A stretch of 63,983 bases of DNA, filler included. It is 14 parts of 14 records of this genome, joined end to end, with 100 filler letters (N's around TTAATTAATTAA, not from the genome) between each part and the next. Parts side by side here need not be neighbours in the genome. Positions count along the whole stretch, not along the records: positions 9,074 to 12,073 come from SRR7504441_29638; positions 12,174 to 18,603 come from SRR7504441_29850; positions 18,704 to 22,529 come from SRR7504441_29878; positions 22,630 to 26,760 come from SRR7504441_30060; 10 more parts are not named here. One strand, 5' to 3'. The translations under genes and the position numbers were made by a program. Below are positions 10,963-22,850 of this stretch, in pieces; within the stretch, counting starts at the first letter, position 1, and every line of letters begins with the position of its first letter. Below the pieces are notes generated by a model. It was not told the DNA's origin. It saw nothing but the letters and a program-made list of their open reading frames with translations, and ran no database searches.

Positions 10963-11268
10963 GAACCCACATCGCCTCTCAACGCCTACAACGCTTTCCT
11001 AGCACCGTGGCTAGCACCATCCATTATTCATACGTTCATACGTATACGAGTAATTATGTGCTAGATCCCAAATGAATTCACAATCATGCTGCCACTTACA
11101 CTGTAATCTTTTCTTACGGCTGATCAGCCTGAGGCCTATTATTGTAATGTTAGTCTATTTGGTTGATATTAATTTTGTTGACATTACTGCGTACATGCTG
11201 TGCGAATCGACTGACATGTGTTTCCTTCCGATCACAAGCGGTTGTAGCCGAAGCTTCCAACGGTTTTC

Positions 11269-12073
11269 ATGGGAGACAGAGAGCGGTCCGACGGAGCGTC
11301 GAGCTCGGCTATGGTGCGGAACCTGAGCCACCAGCTGCGGTGCGGCAGACCGCGGGCCCCGCCCAGCCGGTGGGGCAGCCCCGACGACATCCGGAAAGAG
11401 TTCGAAAAGTTTGGCACGGTGCTCCCGCGGCCGTCGGGCCGCTGGCGACAGCCCGGGCCAGGTCCGAGACGTGTACCTGCCCAGGGACCGGAATACGGGC
11501 GAGTCCCGCGGGTTCGGGTTCGTTGAGTTCCTCGACGCGCGCGACTGCGAGGACGCTGTGCATGAGATGGACCGGAAGGCTGGCTCGGTCTGGGCCAGGC
11601 TGAGAGTGGAGCAGATGCTCGATGGGCGTGAAATACAAGTGTCGATTGCCAAGGAGCGGCGCAAGCGCCCGGACGAGTTTGCCAGCAGGTGCCGATGCCC
11701 GATGCCTGGTGCCTGATGACCCGTGGTGCGGCGCTTTGTCGGCCCTTTCCCCCTGTTGGCCAGTCAGTCGTGCAGCCATTGAAGAGGTGACGATTGCAGG
11801 GGCGGCGACCGGGACAGGAGCCGCGACAGAGGCGACCGGAGGGACGACCGGAGGCGGCGGAGCTACTCGCGCAGTCGGAGTCCGAGGTGGCTGTGCTGGG
11901 GGCCGGGGGCGATGTTGGAGTGTCAGGCGACGTCGAGACGACCGAAGGGACGACAGGGACGACCGGAGGAGGGACGAGTATAGGGACGACCGGAGGGACG
12001 ACCGAGATTACAGGAGGGACGATCGCAGGGACGATCGCAGGGGCGACCGCAGGGACGACCGCAGGGACGACCG
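11269..12073 (+). CDS. SR-type splicing factor (SC35/SCL-like RRM plus RD/RS tail), 3'-truncated
   Basis: Spliced RRM reads MVRNLS...[66 protein letters not shown], followed by RRDD repeats. GC-AG intron at 11579-11614. Confidence 0.85.
11930..12073 (+). repeat. 12-bp-period coding repeat (RRDD)n
   Basis: gacgaccggagg / gacgatcgcagg units running into the contig end. Confidence 0.9.
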
Positions 12074-12173
12074 NNNNNNNNNNNNNNNNNNNNNNNNNNN
12101 NNNNNNNNNNNNNNNNNTTAATTAATTAANNNNNNNNNNNNNNNNNNNNNNNNNNNNNNNNNNNNNNNNNNNN

Positions 12174-15100
12174 GGTGTGGAGATAGTGCCCCTCCAAAAC
12201 CTCTTACTGGTATAGAAGCCTCGTCACTACTTACTACCCACTCCAAGCTTATCTCGTACGGCATTTACCGCCTCCATGCCATCAGCGCACAGCGCTACGC
12301 AAATTGAGAGTGCAGCTACCTCTCCTGTGCCAATAGTATTAGCCCTGAGCAGTGATCTAGGCTCATACCACGTTCAGCCATGTCCATCATTGCACTCCGA
12401 AGCTCAACAGCTTGAATGTCGAGCCCAAGATGATCATTAACGCTCCAGAATTGAGTCCAGAGTCGAGCGCTTTTCCAGACGTCTCTGAATTGCTGCCAGG
12501 CTGAGGCTCGCCACTCTGCCAATTCGGCTTCGCTCATCTCATGTAGTTGTGGCAACTGGTCTGCTTCAGATAGTAACTCGGCGAGAGGACCCGAATCTTC
12601 CAGCTGCTGGCTCATCAGCCACTCTACGCCACGCAGCTGCTCGACCACTGACCGCTGCAAGACGTCATATTACACCCACGCCAGAGCTAGGGCCGCACCT
12701 GTGTGAATGCAGCTGCCAAACTGCGATTCTGTTCTGCCAACCTGCTCTGCACAGATGCAGCCTGGTGGGCTAATTTTCCAGCTACTTCGTGTACACTCAG
12801 CGCAGCTTGCAACCCGGTCTCCCAGCTGAGTGGATACCCGGCGTAGGCTACAGGATCGACTCGCTCTGATTCGTGCGGAGGCAGCTCAATCCTCAGTCTC
12901 ACCTGCACTTGATGTGAACCCGTGTGATTCATTCTAGCGTTACCTGAGCCAGTTGCACCAAAGCATCAGTCAGGCACCGGCGAACCCGCAAATCGGCGAG
13001 TTTTGTTGACAGCACTTCCTGCAGTAAACAGCTGAGTAAATACCACACTGGAACAAGCTACCTGCTCCAAGGCCACTGCTGAGCATTGCCGTACACTCAA
13101 ATCAAATGCCATCTGAGCCCTCGTGGCGATATCTTCTTTCTGGGCAATTTCAGTGGCAATTTCTGTTGCCTGCAGACAGTATGGGCATTTGGACATGTCC
13201 GCGATCTCCTCATTCTCAGTTGCTTGGGTGGAATTTACAGAAAGCGCCTCTCCCTCATTTGTTCCGTCTACTGCCGCTCCAGCCTCTGCCACATCCGCCT
13301 CAGCTTGAAGCTTGGCCTCTTCAATCAGGTCGGCAGCCTTGAGTTTGGTGTCATCCAGCACTTTAGCACAATGGGTTAGCGCCTTGCGTGCGTTAGCCCT
13401 TTCCTCGATCAACACAACCTAAATGACACAGCGAAAGCATTTAGAAGGCTCGAATTAGAGCCATCATAATAGGGTCGAAAGACAGGGTTAGGGTTTAGAA
13501 ATTTTGAGGTGGAGCCACCTGCTGCTCTTTCAAGTGATCCAGCTCAGCTTCTACCATCGCGTCCTCCATCACTGAGGCTGGGCCCACAGCAAGCCGTTGA
13601 TCTAGCTCGAATGCACGCCAGAAGGGCTCAGTGTCAGGCCGTTCTCGCCACTGGATCTCTTGTTCCAGCTGATCTGCTAGTGCCTCCGCCTTGCTGTCAG
13701 CTTTAATCTGTCAACAACACAGCGTAAAAGCCAGATCTCGATAGAGCTCAAACAAGCAGACCCACCAGATTCTTCCGCAACGTAATTAGTTCCTGCTGCT
13801 TACTGTCAGTCTGACGATCGCTGTCTTGCAGCATCTTTGTCTTTGCTTCAAGCTCTTCCTGCAGCTTGTCTCTTTCAACCAGGGTTGCGTTCAAGTCAGA
13901 TTCAAGCTTGTCTGCCCGCTTATGTGCTGCTGCGCAGTCACTGCGGGCAGCTGCTGTATCGAGCCTCATCTTCGTGGTGTGCTCAGTGATCTCTAGCTCC
14001 AGCTCCCGGATTGTCCGCTTGAGCGGCCTTTGGATTTCAACCAACTCCATGTCGTGCTGCTTTTGTTTCTCCCTCAGGTCGGCCAATAGATCGGTCACAG
14101 CATCCTGTCACAAGACAGTTCAATACTGTCATCATACGGGGCCACCTGCGTGACTTGACCAGAGGTTTTGTGCTCCTTTGATTCTTTCTTCAGTCCATTA
14201 ATCTTCGCTTCCATCTTCGACAGCTCGTCAGCATGCTCTTGCTTCAGAGTCTCAATCATTGCATCATGCTCTTCCGCCAATGCTTCTTTGGCCAGCTCCA
14301 CTGCAGGGTCGATCTTAGCTTGTTCGTCTGCGAGCTTCTTTTCGTTCGCTTCCACTAATGCAGCCATCCTTTTTGCGCATTCGTCATTGGTTTGCGCCAC
14401 AAGTGCCATGGCATCCTTTCCGCCCATGGCTTCAATCAACTGTTTCTCAAGCATTTCACACTTGGTCTCAGCAGCTTGTAGTAGACCCATCAGCTCTCTT
14501 TTCTTGACCTGTAGCTCGTTAATCTTTCGATCCTTCTCAATCTTCAAATCGCGCTTCTGTTTCTTGGCCACCATAAGATCTATCGCAACGTTCTCCATGT
14601 TGCGTGTCTCCCTCCATTCAGATATGCACAGCGCAGTTTGTGTCATTCTCCAAGCTTTGATCACCATCATATATATTATCATGAAAGCGTGTGCCCAGTC
14701 ACGGGCTTTGAGCAACCCCGCGTTTTTGTTTGACATCCATCTATCCACAATTTTCTTACGTCCCCCATCCATCCACTCATCCATGATCTTTTTTACAATC
14801 AGAAGAGCTGCCCCATTCAGCTCCTGAGTCATTTCAGCAACATGTCCCCTCGCTAAATCGACTGCTGCCTGCGCAGGTTTCATAGCTTCAGCTACAGCCA
14901 CATCTTTGTCAAACTCGGCATCTCCAAGCTCTGTATCCAAATTCAATTTTGCATGCCACTCAATCACAGATCGCTGAAGTAAGCCCATTGTCCATGCATA
15001 CAGCATGCTTGCGAATGTCTTGACCGCAAGTCTCCTGAGCAGCTCCTTGCATTCTGTTTCAAGTTCTTCGACTTTCATTTGCATTTTACCTTGTGTCGCT

Positions 15101-18100
15101 GTCAGCCTCATTTCTGCCACACCTGATGCCATTCGCGTCAACTTTCCAGCTTGGAGAGTGTTGAAGCAGATTCTAAAGGCCTTCAGCCTGCATCTCTCCT
15201 TAAACGAGCTCAGATGGTTCGTCTTCCATACCATAAATTGCTCCATGACAAAGAACAGCTCCTCGTGGTGTTTACGATGAGATGCGATATCCCAGAAACG
15301 AAGCATCAGCATGCACATCCTCTGTCGCACTAGCATTGCTCCATCTACGACCTCTTCCTTCTCCTTCTTTTTCTTCGTTTTGACCACCTTTCTCCCTCCG
15401 ACGACTGGCCTGTCGTCGTCTCTCTTGGTCTCCATATTCAGTTGGACCGCGTCGTGCTCTAGAGCGTCTTGCCTGCTGTACCAGCGGCATGCAGGCTTCG
15501 CTAGGTCTGGCTGTGTCACCACTGCACGCTTCAGCTCCTTAGTGCCAGCGGGAGATGCAATAATAATGGACTGATCTCGGCGACTGTCGAGTTCTCGTTG
15601 CAACCGAGCAAGTTTCTTATGTAGTGCCTCAAGCTCTTGCTTGAGGGTCCGATTCTCGGACATGAATTCAGCCATCTCACTTCTCATTGCTTTCAGCCGA
15701 TCTGCAGCCTCTCTCCGAGCTGCCTCATCCAGTGCTATCTGCTCCCGAGCCCTGGATTCGTGCTTTACAAGAAGTTCCTGGATTTCCTGCCGAGCTCCAG
15801 CAAGCTCATCCCTCAGCTCCAGCCTTTCTTTGGCACTACATTGCATGTTCTCGCTCAAGTGACCTAGCTCGTCGAGCTTTGCTTGCGCCCTGTTGAGCGC
15901 GTCTCGCAGCCCAAACTGCTCTTTCTCGGCCTCGCCTAGCTGGGCAATCCGCTCCATTAGCTCATACTTAGCCCGATCGAGCTCTTGCCTGAGTTCCTCC
16001 ATCTCGCTAGTCTTGCTTTCGAGGATACACGAACCGCCTACAATGCCCGCCAGCTGAGACTGTGCATCCAGCAGCTCAGCCCGTACAGTCTGTGTGTCGG
16101 TGTGGCTCAGCTCCAATTGCAACTGCAGCGTGTGTGCCTGCTGTCGCTGATGCTCCAGGTCTGCAACAAGCGCCTGTTTATCGAGCAAATGTGCAGCAGC
16201 AGCCTGCTCTTTCTCATTCTGTGCACATCGAAGCTCGGCTTTGCTCGCTTCGAGCGATTCCTTCACCCCTTCGAGCTGTTGCTGAAGCAGTTCGAGCTCA
16301 CGCATGCTCTGATTCCCCCTTCGCATCTCCTCAATCAGTGCATCTTTCTTATGAGCTGCGCCAACTGCCTCGTCAAACTGGGCCTGGACCTGGCTGCACC
16401 GGTTTTCAGTGCTTTCAAGCACTTTCTCTGCCTGATTTCTTTCAGCCTGGACCCTCATCAGCGTGTCAGTTAGCCGCTGGCGATCCACATGCTCCATCTG
16501 GATAACACCTCTGAATTCCTTAACGAGCTTGTCGTTCTGCTGCAGCAACTGCTGTTTGCTGGCCTGCAGTCGCTGGCTCTCCTCCTGCGACCGTCTGCAC
16601 GTTTGTCGAAGCTCCTTCAACTCGGCTTCCATCACATCGAATCTAACCGCGCCGTGTTGCTGCTGCCACCGCTTCGAATCTTGCGTGCGCATGGGCCATG
16701 CCGACGCTTCAGTGACAGGGAGCTGCCCGAGCGTCTGGTTTTGCAATCGAGGTATGACATGGCCTGTGATGTGTATTACATCAATTGGAATCGCACCCGC
16801 TGTGATACCAAGCGTCAAGATGACTGATCCTGGCTGCAGATCTAGTACACATAGTCGTGACACTGGCGAAATCCCCAGAGCAGACCCAAGATCTGCCAGC
16901 ACAGCTTGCGAGTGCTTAGCGCCGAATTCTTCAAACGCTCCATCGAGCCGCAGTCGCGCTATGAAGAGGAAATCACCACGACCAGAGCCCACCAGCTTGT
17001 CAGTGCACATGCCGTTTGTTTGAGCGCCGACTCCAAGTGGTTTGCTAGTGATCTCACGCATTCGCTGGGTCTCACCAGCTTGCCAGCTCATTTTGTTCTC
17101 AAAAGTCCGCAGCGCTTCACCAATGTCATTGCCTGGATTCATTTCGTATTCCCGGACGATCATGTGGAGCTCCTCGACAGCCTCTGTCGCTTCGTCCATC
17201 AGCCGCTCGCCCTCCTCTCTCAAGACCTCATTCTCTGTGCTGAATAGGACCACCTTTTGCTCCAGCTCAGACAGAAGCACAGCCATCTGCTCAGGCCTCC
17301 GCTGCCACTCATCTAAGAGCCCTTTCTGCCTCCTTGCCGCCTCCTCTTGGTTGAATTTCTGTCCAAGTACTTGCTCTTGCAGTCTTTGGACCTCCTCTCT
17401 GCTCACTTTGAGCTGCTTGGCTAGCTGCTCTTCTCGCTTTAAATTGGCTTTCTGCTCCTTTACAGCACCGAAGTCAGCCATGCCGTTCACAGGTGCCCCT
17501 CCTGCTTGACACCGTGCGACTTCTTCCTGCAACTCCCGCAGCTGCTCCTTCATGGCACGCGATTCCTCTTCGAATGCCTCAGACCTACTGAGCAATAGCT
17601 GCTGCCAGTGCTCTGTAGCGTGTGCCTCTGACGCAGTCTCTGCAATCTGCTCTGCGTCATGGAGCATTTTCTGCGTCTTGTGCAGCTGTTCCTGCGTATC
17701 ATGCAGCTCCTGTGCTATGCGAGCTCGCTCCTTTGCGCTCGCTCCCAACTCATTCTCTGTCCGTTCAAGCCGGTACTGCATATCACTCAAGCGAGCCAGC
17801 TCAAGCTGACACCTCTCCATTTGTGCTTCCGGACAATTGCCATCCACACCAAGTTCTGCAATCATTTTGTCTAGAGCTGCGCCACAGGTTCGACTCAGCT
17901 GCAGCTCGACTTGGGTATGTGCAGACAGCTCGGTAGCGCCAGGTGGGACATACATGAAGTGCTGTTCCAGGTTGTGAACGGTTTGCATATAATCATCGTG
18001 CAGCAGCTTCTCTTTCTCGAGTTGCTGGTGGATAGTCCTCATCTGCGACTCCACAACCAGCTGCGGCTCAGACTCCTCCATTATGAGCTGTTCAAGCTGC

Positions 18101-18603
18101 CGATGGACGCCTGCCAGAGCGTTGGCACTCTCTGTATGCACCTGCTCGGCCTCACCAGCCTGCCAACTCATCTTGACTTCAAGCGATCGAAGCATGTTAA
18201 CCAGATCTAGCCCAGGGTTGGCCTCAACCTCGCGAAGAATCCCATGCAGTTCCTCGGCCCCGGCCATCTCTATGCGGACTGCTGACTTGTGTTTCTGGCT
18301 CAGCTCAGAAACTGTCCGCTGAAGCGCGGAGAGTTTGCCGACCGCTGTCTGCTGCTTGGCACCAGCGCTCAGCAGTTCCTGCATGCTGTCCATGTTGCCT
18401 TGCCTTGCCTTGCTGAGCTTGCATGCAGTGCTTGAGAGCTTGCCTTGAAGAACTCTTAAATCATCAGGATCAGGCGCTTTGGCTTCCTGGGCTGCCAATT
18501 CACTAGCCAGGGCTTCCTTCCTGGCGGCCATGACGCTGGTAGCTGCAGTCTTGATCATTTCTTCACGCAAGAAGATCATCCTCTCTGAGCGGCTTGGCTG
18601 TCT
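12174..18603 (-). CDS. Giant coiled-coil protein (>1900 aa) with an internal repeat and a SEA-like segment; 5'-truncated, 3' end uncertain
   Basis: 1494-aa ORF 14095-18579 continues through short introns into heptad-rich exons 13748-14098, 12966-13415 and 12316-12660. Confidence 0.7.
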
Positions 18604-18703
18604 NNNNNNNNNNNNNNNNNNNNNNNNNNNNNNNNNNNNNNNNNNNNTTAATTAATTAANNNNNNNNNNNNNNNNNNNNNNNNNNNNNNNNNNNNNNNNN
18701 NNN

Positions 18704-18937
18704 GTGGTGGTTGTGGTGGTGGTGGTGGTGGTGCGACCGTTGGGGCCGCGGGAGGTCCTGGTGGTGGTTGTGCTGGTCCGCGAGGAGGGCTGTCCCGAGG
18801 ACGAGCGCGATGAAGATGATCGGCGGGCCTGGTCGGTCTGGTACGGGGCTACGATCCCTCGCGCCTCCATAGACTTGGCCTGCCTGCTCACGTTCACCTG
18901 CCCTGCCGTCACCACAGGCCGCGCTCCGTCGCACCAT
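18704..18937 (-). CDS. 5' fragment of a Ser/Thr-rich protein with an intron directly after the ATG
   Basis: ATG|gtgcga...gggcag|VNVSRQAKSMEARGIVAPYQTDQARRSSSS...TTTT; truncated by the spacer. Confidence 0.5.
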
Positions 18938-18989
18938 GCTTGGCTCAGATAGTAACGGCTTTTCGTAACGGCAGTTTTCATGATTCGAG
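18938..18989. promoter_or_regulatory. 52-bp bidirectional promoter with two TAACGG (Myb/MSA-like) boxes
   Basis: Lies between divergent ATGs at 18937(-) and 18990(+). TAACGG at 18953 and 18966. Confidence 0.55.
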
Positions 18990-19727
18990 ATGCCCAAAGC
19001 CTCTGAGTACGAGGAGGCGCGCAAGGCCAAGATCAGGGCCAACCAGGCCCAGCTCAAGGCGCCCGCCCGGGCCGTAAACAGTAACGGAAAGTAACGGACA
19101 GGCGCTCGGACTCTCGCAGGCGGTCACTGAGCTGCACAAGCGCCGCGGCTCCCGGCGCCGAGCGGCCAGCCGGGCGGCAGGTGTGCGCCGCCGGTTCCAG
19201 CGGGCAAGCCCTCCAAGCGGCGGCGGCGGCGGGGCGGGGTGCGGCCCGTCTGAGAGGGCGTTGAGCAACGGATAGGGCGAGTCGGAGGGGGACTCATCGT
19301 ACTCGAGCCGGAGCTCCAGCAGCGAGGAGAGCTCCGACTCGGAGGTAACGGTAACGGACGCCCAACGGTAACGGTATAACGGACAGGCGAGCAGCGGGTC
19401 CGAGACCGAGGACGAGCTGATGGCCGCGCAGGTCAGTTGAGGGGGGGGGGGGTCCGTTACTGTTTGATCAGCGGAAGAAGACGCGGAGCAGGAGCAAGAA
19501 GCTGCAGCGCGAGCGGGAGCGCAGCGGTGCGGCGGGGCAGGCGCGCGCAGACGGCGGGGGCTAGGCCCGCGGAAGTCAGCGCGGATCGCGGAAGCGCCGG
19601 AGCCTCCTGCAATGGTGCGGCGCTGTCGGGCTGGTGTGAGTGCCTGATGCTGCAGGAGGGAAGCGCGTTTGCGCATTTGGAGCAATTCAGGCTGAAGCCG
19701 CGGGGCCGACGGAACGCCCCCTCCTGA
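18990..19727 (+). CDS. Small, probably nuclear, disordered protein with an N-terminal SEYE..R..KI..N...L..LG helix; about 6 introns
   Basis: MPKASEYEEARKAKIRANQAQLK|ALGLSQ (GC-AG intron 19059-19101), an acidic Ser block, RKSARIAE, ending AFAHLEQFRLKPRGRRNAPS. Internal exon phases are partly uncertain. Confidence 0.6.
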
Positions 19728-19930
19728 TTGGCTCGGCGTGTGTGCTCTATTTGATAGGCGAATACAACTTTAGTTATACCGAATGATATTGCTCGAATGT
19801 TACCATTGAATACAATACGCAGCGTCGATCGCCGGAAGAATCAGCCCACAAACCATTAGGGGTCGACGCAGCACTGTAAAGCACCTTTGATCAGCGCCAG
19901 CCCGGCACCGGTCAGACCCCCAGCGCCCGC

Positions 19931-20266
19931 TCAGACAAACGTCACCGGCTTCTTCGCAACCGCCTTGGCCGCCGGCGCTGTCCCCACCTCTGCCCGGCGC
20001 CCCAGCAGAGGGACCGACCCTCGGCCGGTCTGCCGCTCCGGAGCTGCTCCAGCTCGGCTAGCAGCGTCCGCCGCTCGGATTCCCATTTATCGCTGCCAGC
20101 AGGGTGAGCGGCCCAGCAGTCGGCGGCGGCACCGCTCCTGCTCGAGCAGCTCGTCCTTGGAGGAGAGCCGATACGAGAACATGAGCAGCGTGCCCCCCAG
20201 CACCACGTTCAGCAGCTGCGCCTTGGGCGCCAGCAGCGCCGAGCCCACTCGGCGCGCGGCCTGCAT
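19931..20266 (-). CDS. Small single-pass membrane protein with a coiled-coil tail (possibly mitochondrial)
   Basis: MQAARRVGSALLAPKAQLLNVVLGGTLLMFSYRL...EQER|DKWESERRTLLAELEQLR...KKPVTFV*, through 2 short introns. Confidence 0.5.
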
Positions 20267-20313
20267 CGCCCGAAGCTCCTCCAAATAACGGACATTTTGC
20301 CGGGCCACTAGAT

Positions 20314-21480
20314 ATGTCGACGTGTCGGTTGGACTGCGCCCTGCTGGTGCAGCTGCGGGCCACCCAGCTGTGCCACCTGCTCCGGGAGAGCCTGGCCAGC
20401 GCGGCCGCCACCGAGCGGGCCTGGGACGGGGAGGTCGCCCAGCTCGAGCTGCAGCTGGCCAACCGGGCCGCGGCGGCCCGATCGAAGGACAAGGCGCTCG
20501 CCCGGCTGAGACGGACCATCTACCGGCGGAAGACCCGGGAGCGGCAGCTCAAGGGGCTGGTCCGACGGCTGATCGCGGCTGTCCCCCGGGCCGACCCGGC
20601 TGGCGCTGAGGTTGAGCTTGGGAGGGTCCGAGCGCGGCAATCGCTTCTGGAGCAGGAGCTGGCCGATCGGAAGGACGGCCGGGTGGAGCGGCAGTTGCGG
20701 AGCACCACGGCCCGGCTGGAGCAGGCCGAACGCGAGCTGATCGCGGCGCGCGAGGCCCTGGAGCTCTCAAGCAAGCGGGTGGCCGGGGAAAGGGAGGCGG
20801 CGGCGCAGTGCCGTTTCGAGCGGGGTGAGATGGCGGCGGAGCTGGCGGCGGCCGGGCGGGCGGCGGACGAGTTGGCGGAGGCGGTGGAGGCGCGGGGGGA
20901 GGAGGCGGCGGCCGAGCGGGAGGGCCGCGAGGAGCTGGAGCAGCTGCTTGCAGCGAGCGAGGCGAGGGTGGAGGAGCTGGAGTTTGGGGCACGGCACAGC
21001 CGGGGGGTGGCCGACCGGAAGCTGGAGCAGGCCGAGCAGAGGCTGAGCGCGGCCCAGAGCAGGCTGGCGGAGGTGGAGGACTCAAGGGTGGCTGAGCGGG
21101 CCGAGCTCGGGAGACGACTGAGTAGGCAGCTGGAGGATCTGAGGAATCAGCACAAGCACAGAGTGGGGCTGTTGCAGGACGAGATCGGCCGGCTGCAGGC
21201 CGAGCTCCATTCTAAAAATAGCACGGGGCTCAGCGAGCGGCTGGCTAAGAGCGAGGAGAGGGTTCGGGTGCTGGAGGAGGCAGAGGCGGTGGCGGCGAGA
21301 GAGCATGCCCAACGGGAGAGCCGATTGGAGGAGGCTGTTGCTGAAGGAGGGCGGCGGGTAGCGGAGCTGGAAGCGGCGTTTGCGGATATGGAGGCGGTGA
21401 CGATGGCGCAGTGGTCGATGTTGTCGCCGATGGTGATGCAGGCAAGGCGGAGTGATGGAAAGCCCACTTCTACCCGATAA
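20314..21480 (+). CDS. Coiled-coil protein of unknown function
   Basis: 388-aa E/R/A/L-rich heptad ORF ending at the AT-rich intergenic region. Confidence 0.7.
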   Translation: MSTCRLDCALLVQLRATQLCHLLRESLASAAATERAWDGEVAQLELQLANRAAAARSKDKALARLRRTIYRRKTRERQLKGLVRRLIAAVPRADPAGAEVELGRVRARQSLLEQELADRKDGRVERQLRSTTARLEQAERELIAAREALELSSKRVAGEREAAAQCRFERGEMAAELAAAGRAADELAEAVEARGEEAAAEREGREELEQLLAASEARVEELEFGARHSRGVADRKLEQAEQRLSAAQSRLAEVEDSRVAERAELGRRLSRQLEDLRNQHKHRVGLLQDEIGRLQAELHSKNSTGLSERLAKSEERVRVLEEAEAVAAREHAQRESRLEEAVAEGGRRVAELEAAFADMEAVTMAQWSMLSPMVMQARRSDGKPTSTR

Positions 21481-21639
21481 TTAATCTAGCAATAATGCTT
21501 AAATACGCAATAATAATATTGAATCGTGTATCCAATATACGTGAAGCGACACGCTAGTTTCATGATTTATTGCTCGCAAACAAGTAATGAATCAAAAATC
21601 ATACGTACGATCGATCCAAGACACACGCTCTTGACTGAT

Positions 21640-22375
21640 TCATGTTCCGGCCCCAAAGCTAGCTACCAGCAAGTACCGGCTCCCCGAGACCACCGGGGTG
21701 CCGGCATGCCACACATGCCCATGGAAAACCATCCCAACGCCCGCGTCCGGATGCACCCTCACCGTGGGCGGCAAGTCATCAAACAGCAGCGCCTCCGGGT
21801 CACCCTCCGCCCAAAACTCGGTCCCGCCGCCCTCGAACGACCCGGGATCATTCAACAAGCAGAGCACAGTTAGCTCGCCGTCGTCCTGATGCGCCTTAAA
21901 GTCGCCGCCGCACAGGTACTTGTTCACGGTAGGCTCAGACCCCTCGTAACGGACATCATCCGGGCCGTCCGGCAGCCGCGCCCTGCTTGCCCGCGGCAGC
22001 CCCGCCCGGAGCGCGGGGACCACCTGCACCGAGGTGAGATGGCCCGCCCCTGGCGCACACCCGTTCGTGCAGCACACGATGCCACAACGCCGCTGCGGCC
22101 AGCCCTAACCCTCCGTGCAGCACTCCGTCAGGGCGACACGGCCGGCGGCCGAGCACCGACACGCGCGCCCGGGGCTGGGCTGGCCGGTCTGCTAGCTTGG
22201 CCTCTACGGCCTCGATCAGCAGTTGGCGCTCGGGCTTTGTGAGGATCTCCGGGAGCAAAAGTAGGCTGTTGTGCTCGAGTGGCCGGACCTCGTCCCCCAG
22301 CCGAAGCTCGTCGAAGTGGCTGCCCGGGAGGTACGCGAGCTGGCCGCCCTCGCACCGCGCGAGCCTTGCCTGCAT
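21640..22375 (-). CDS. 2OG-Fe(II) oxygenase (prolyl-4-hydroxylase-like)
   Basis: VNKY..GGDFKAHQD..LTVLCLLND..SFEGGGTEF...HAGTPVVSGSRYLLVASF; N-terminal exons in ORF 21956-22375. Confidence 0.85.
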
Positions 22376-22473
22376 CTGTCTGTGTCCACGTCAGTCAGTC
22401 AAGCCATGTCGTTACGATTGTAAGCGTCCGTTATTCACAATCTGAATCACGCGGCCGAGGAAAACCGCTCAGC

Positions 22474-22529
22474 ATGCAGACTTGTCCCCACGGCCGGCGG
22501 CGCAGCACATGCAAGGAGTGCGGCGGGGG
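22474..22529 (+). CDS. Start of a CxHGRxxxxCKECGG zinc-binding repeat protein, truncated
   Basis: MQTCPHGRRRSTCKECGG at the contig end. Confidence 0.6.
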
Positions 22530-22629
22530 NNNNNNNNNNNNNNNNNNNNNNNNNNNNNNNNNNNNNNNNNNNNTTAATTAATTAANNNNNNNNNNNNNNN
22601 NNNNNNNNNNNNNNNNNNNNNNNNNNNNN

Positions 22630-22850
22630 AATGATGCCGGAACAGAGGGCAGCAGCACTAGAGACAATGATGCCTGAGGAAAGGGCAGCTGTGCTAGTGG
22701 CGATGGCGCCTGCAGAGAGAGCAGCAGCTTTGCAGGTGATGGCGCCTGAGGAAAGGGCAGCAGCATTAGAGGCGATGACTCCTACGGAGAGGGCAGCATC
22801 ACTGGAGGCAATGGCACCTGAGGCGAGGGCAGCGGCACTTGAAGCGATCA
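22630..22850 (+). repeat. 36-bp tandem coding repeat, about 6 units
   Basis: atgrcgcctgaggaaagggcagcagca... units encoding MAPEERAAALEA variants. Confidence 0.9.

Noticed and set aside
13485-13498. AGGGTTAGGGTTTAG as a telomeric repeat
   Set aside because: Only about two imperfect units, inside a probable intron.
22474-22529. CxHGR..CKECGG repeat as evidence of an endogenous giant virus
   Set aside because: Only 56 nt are visible, the motif also occurs in protist nuclear genes, and no viral hallmark genes are present.
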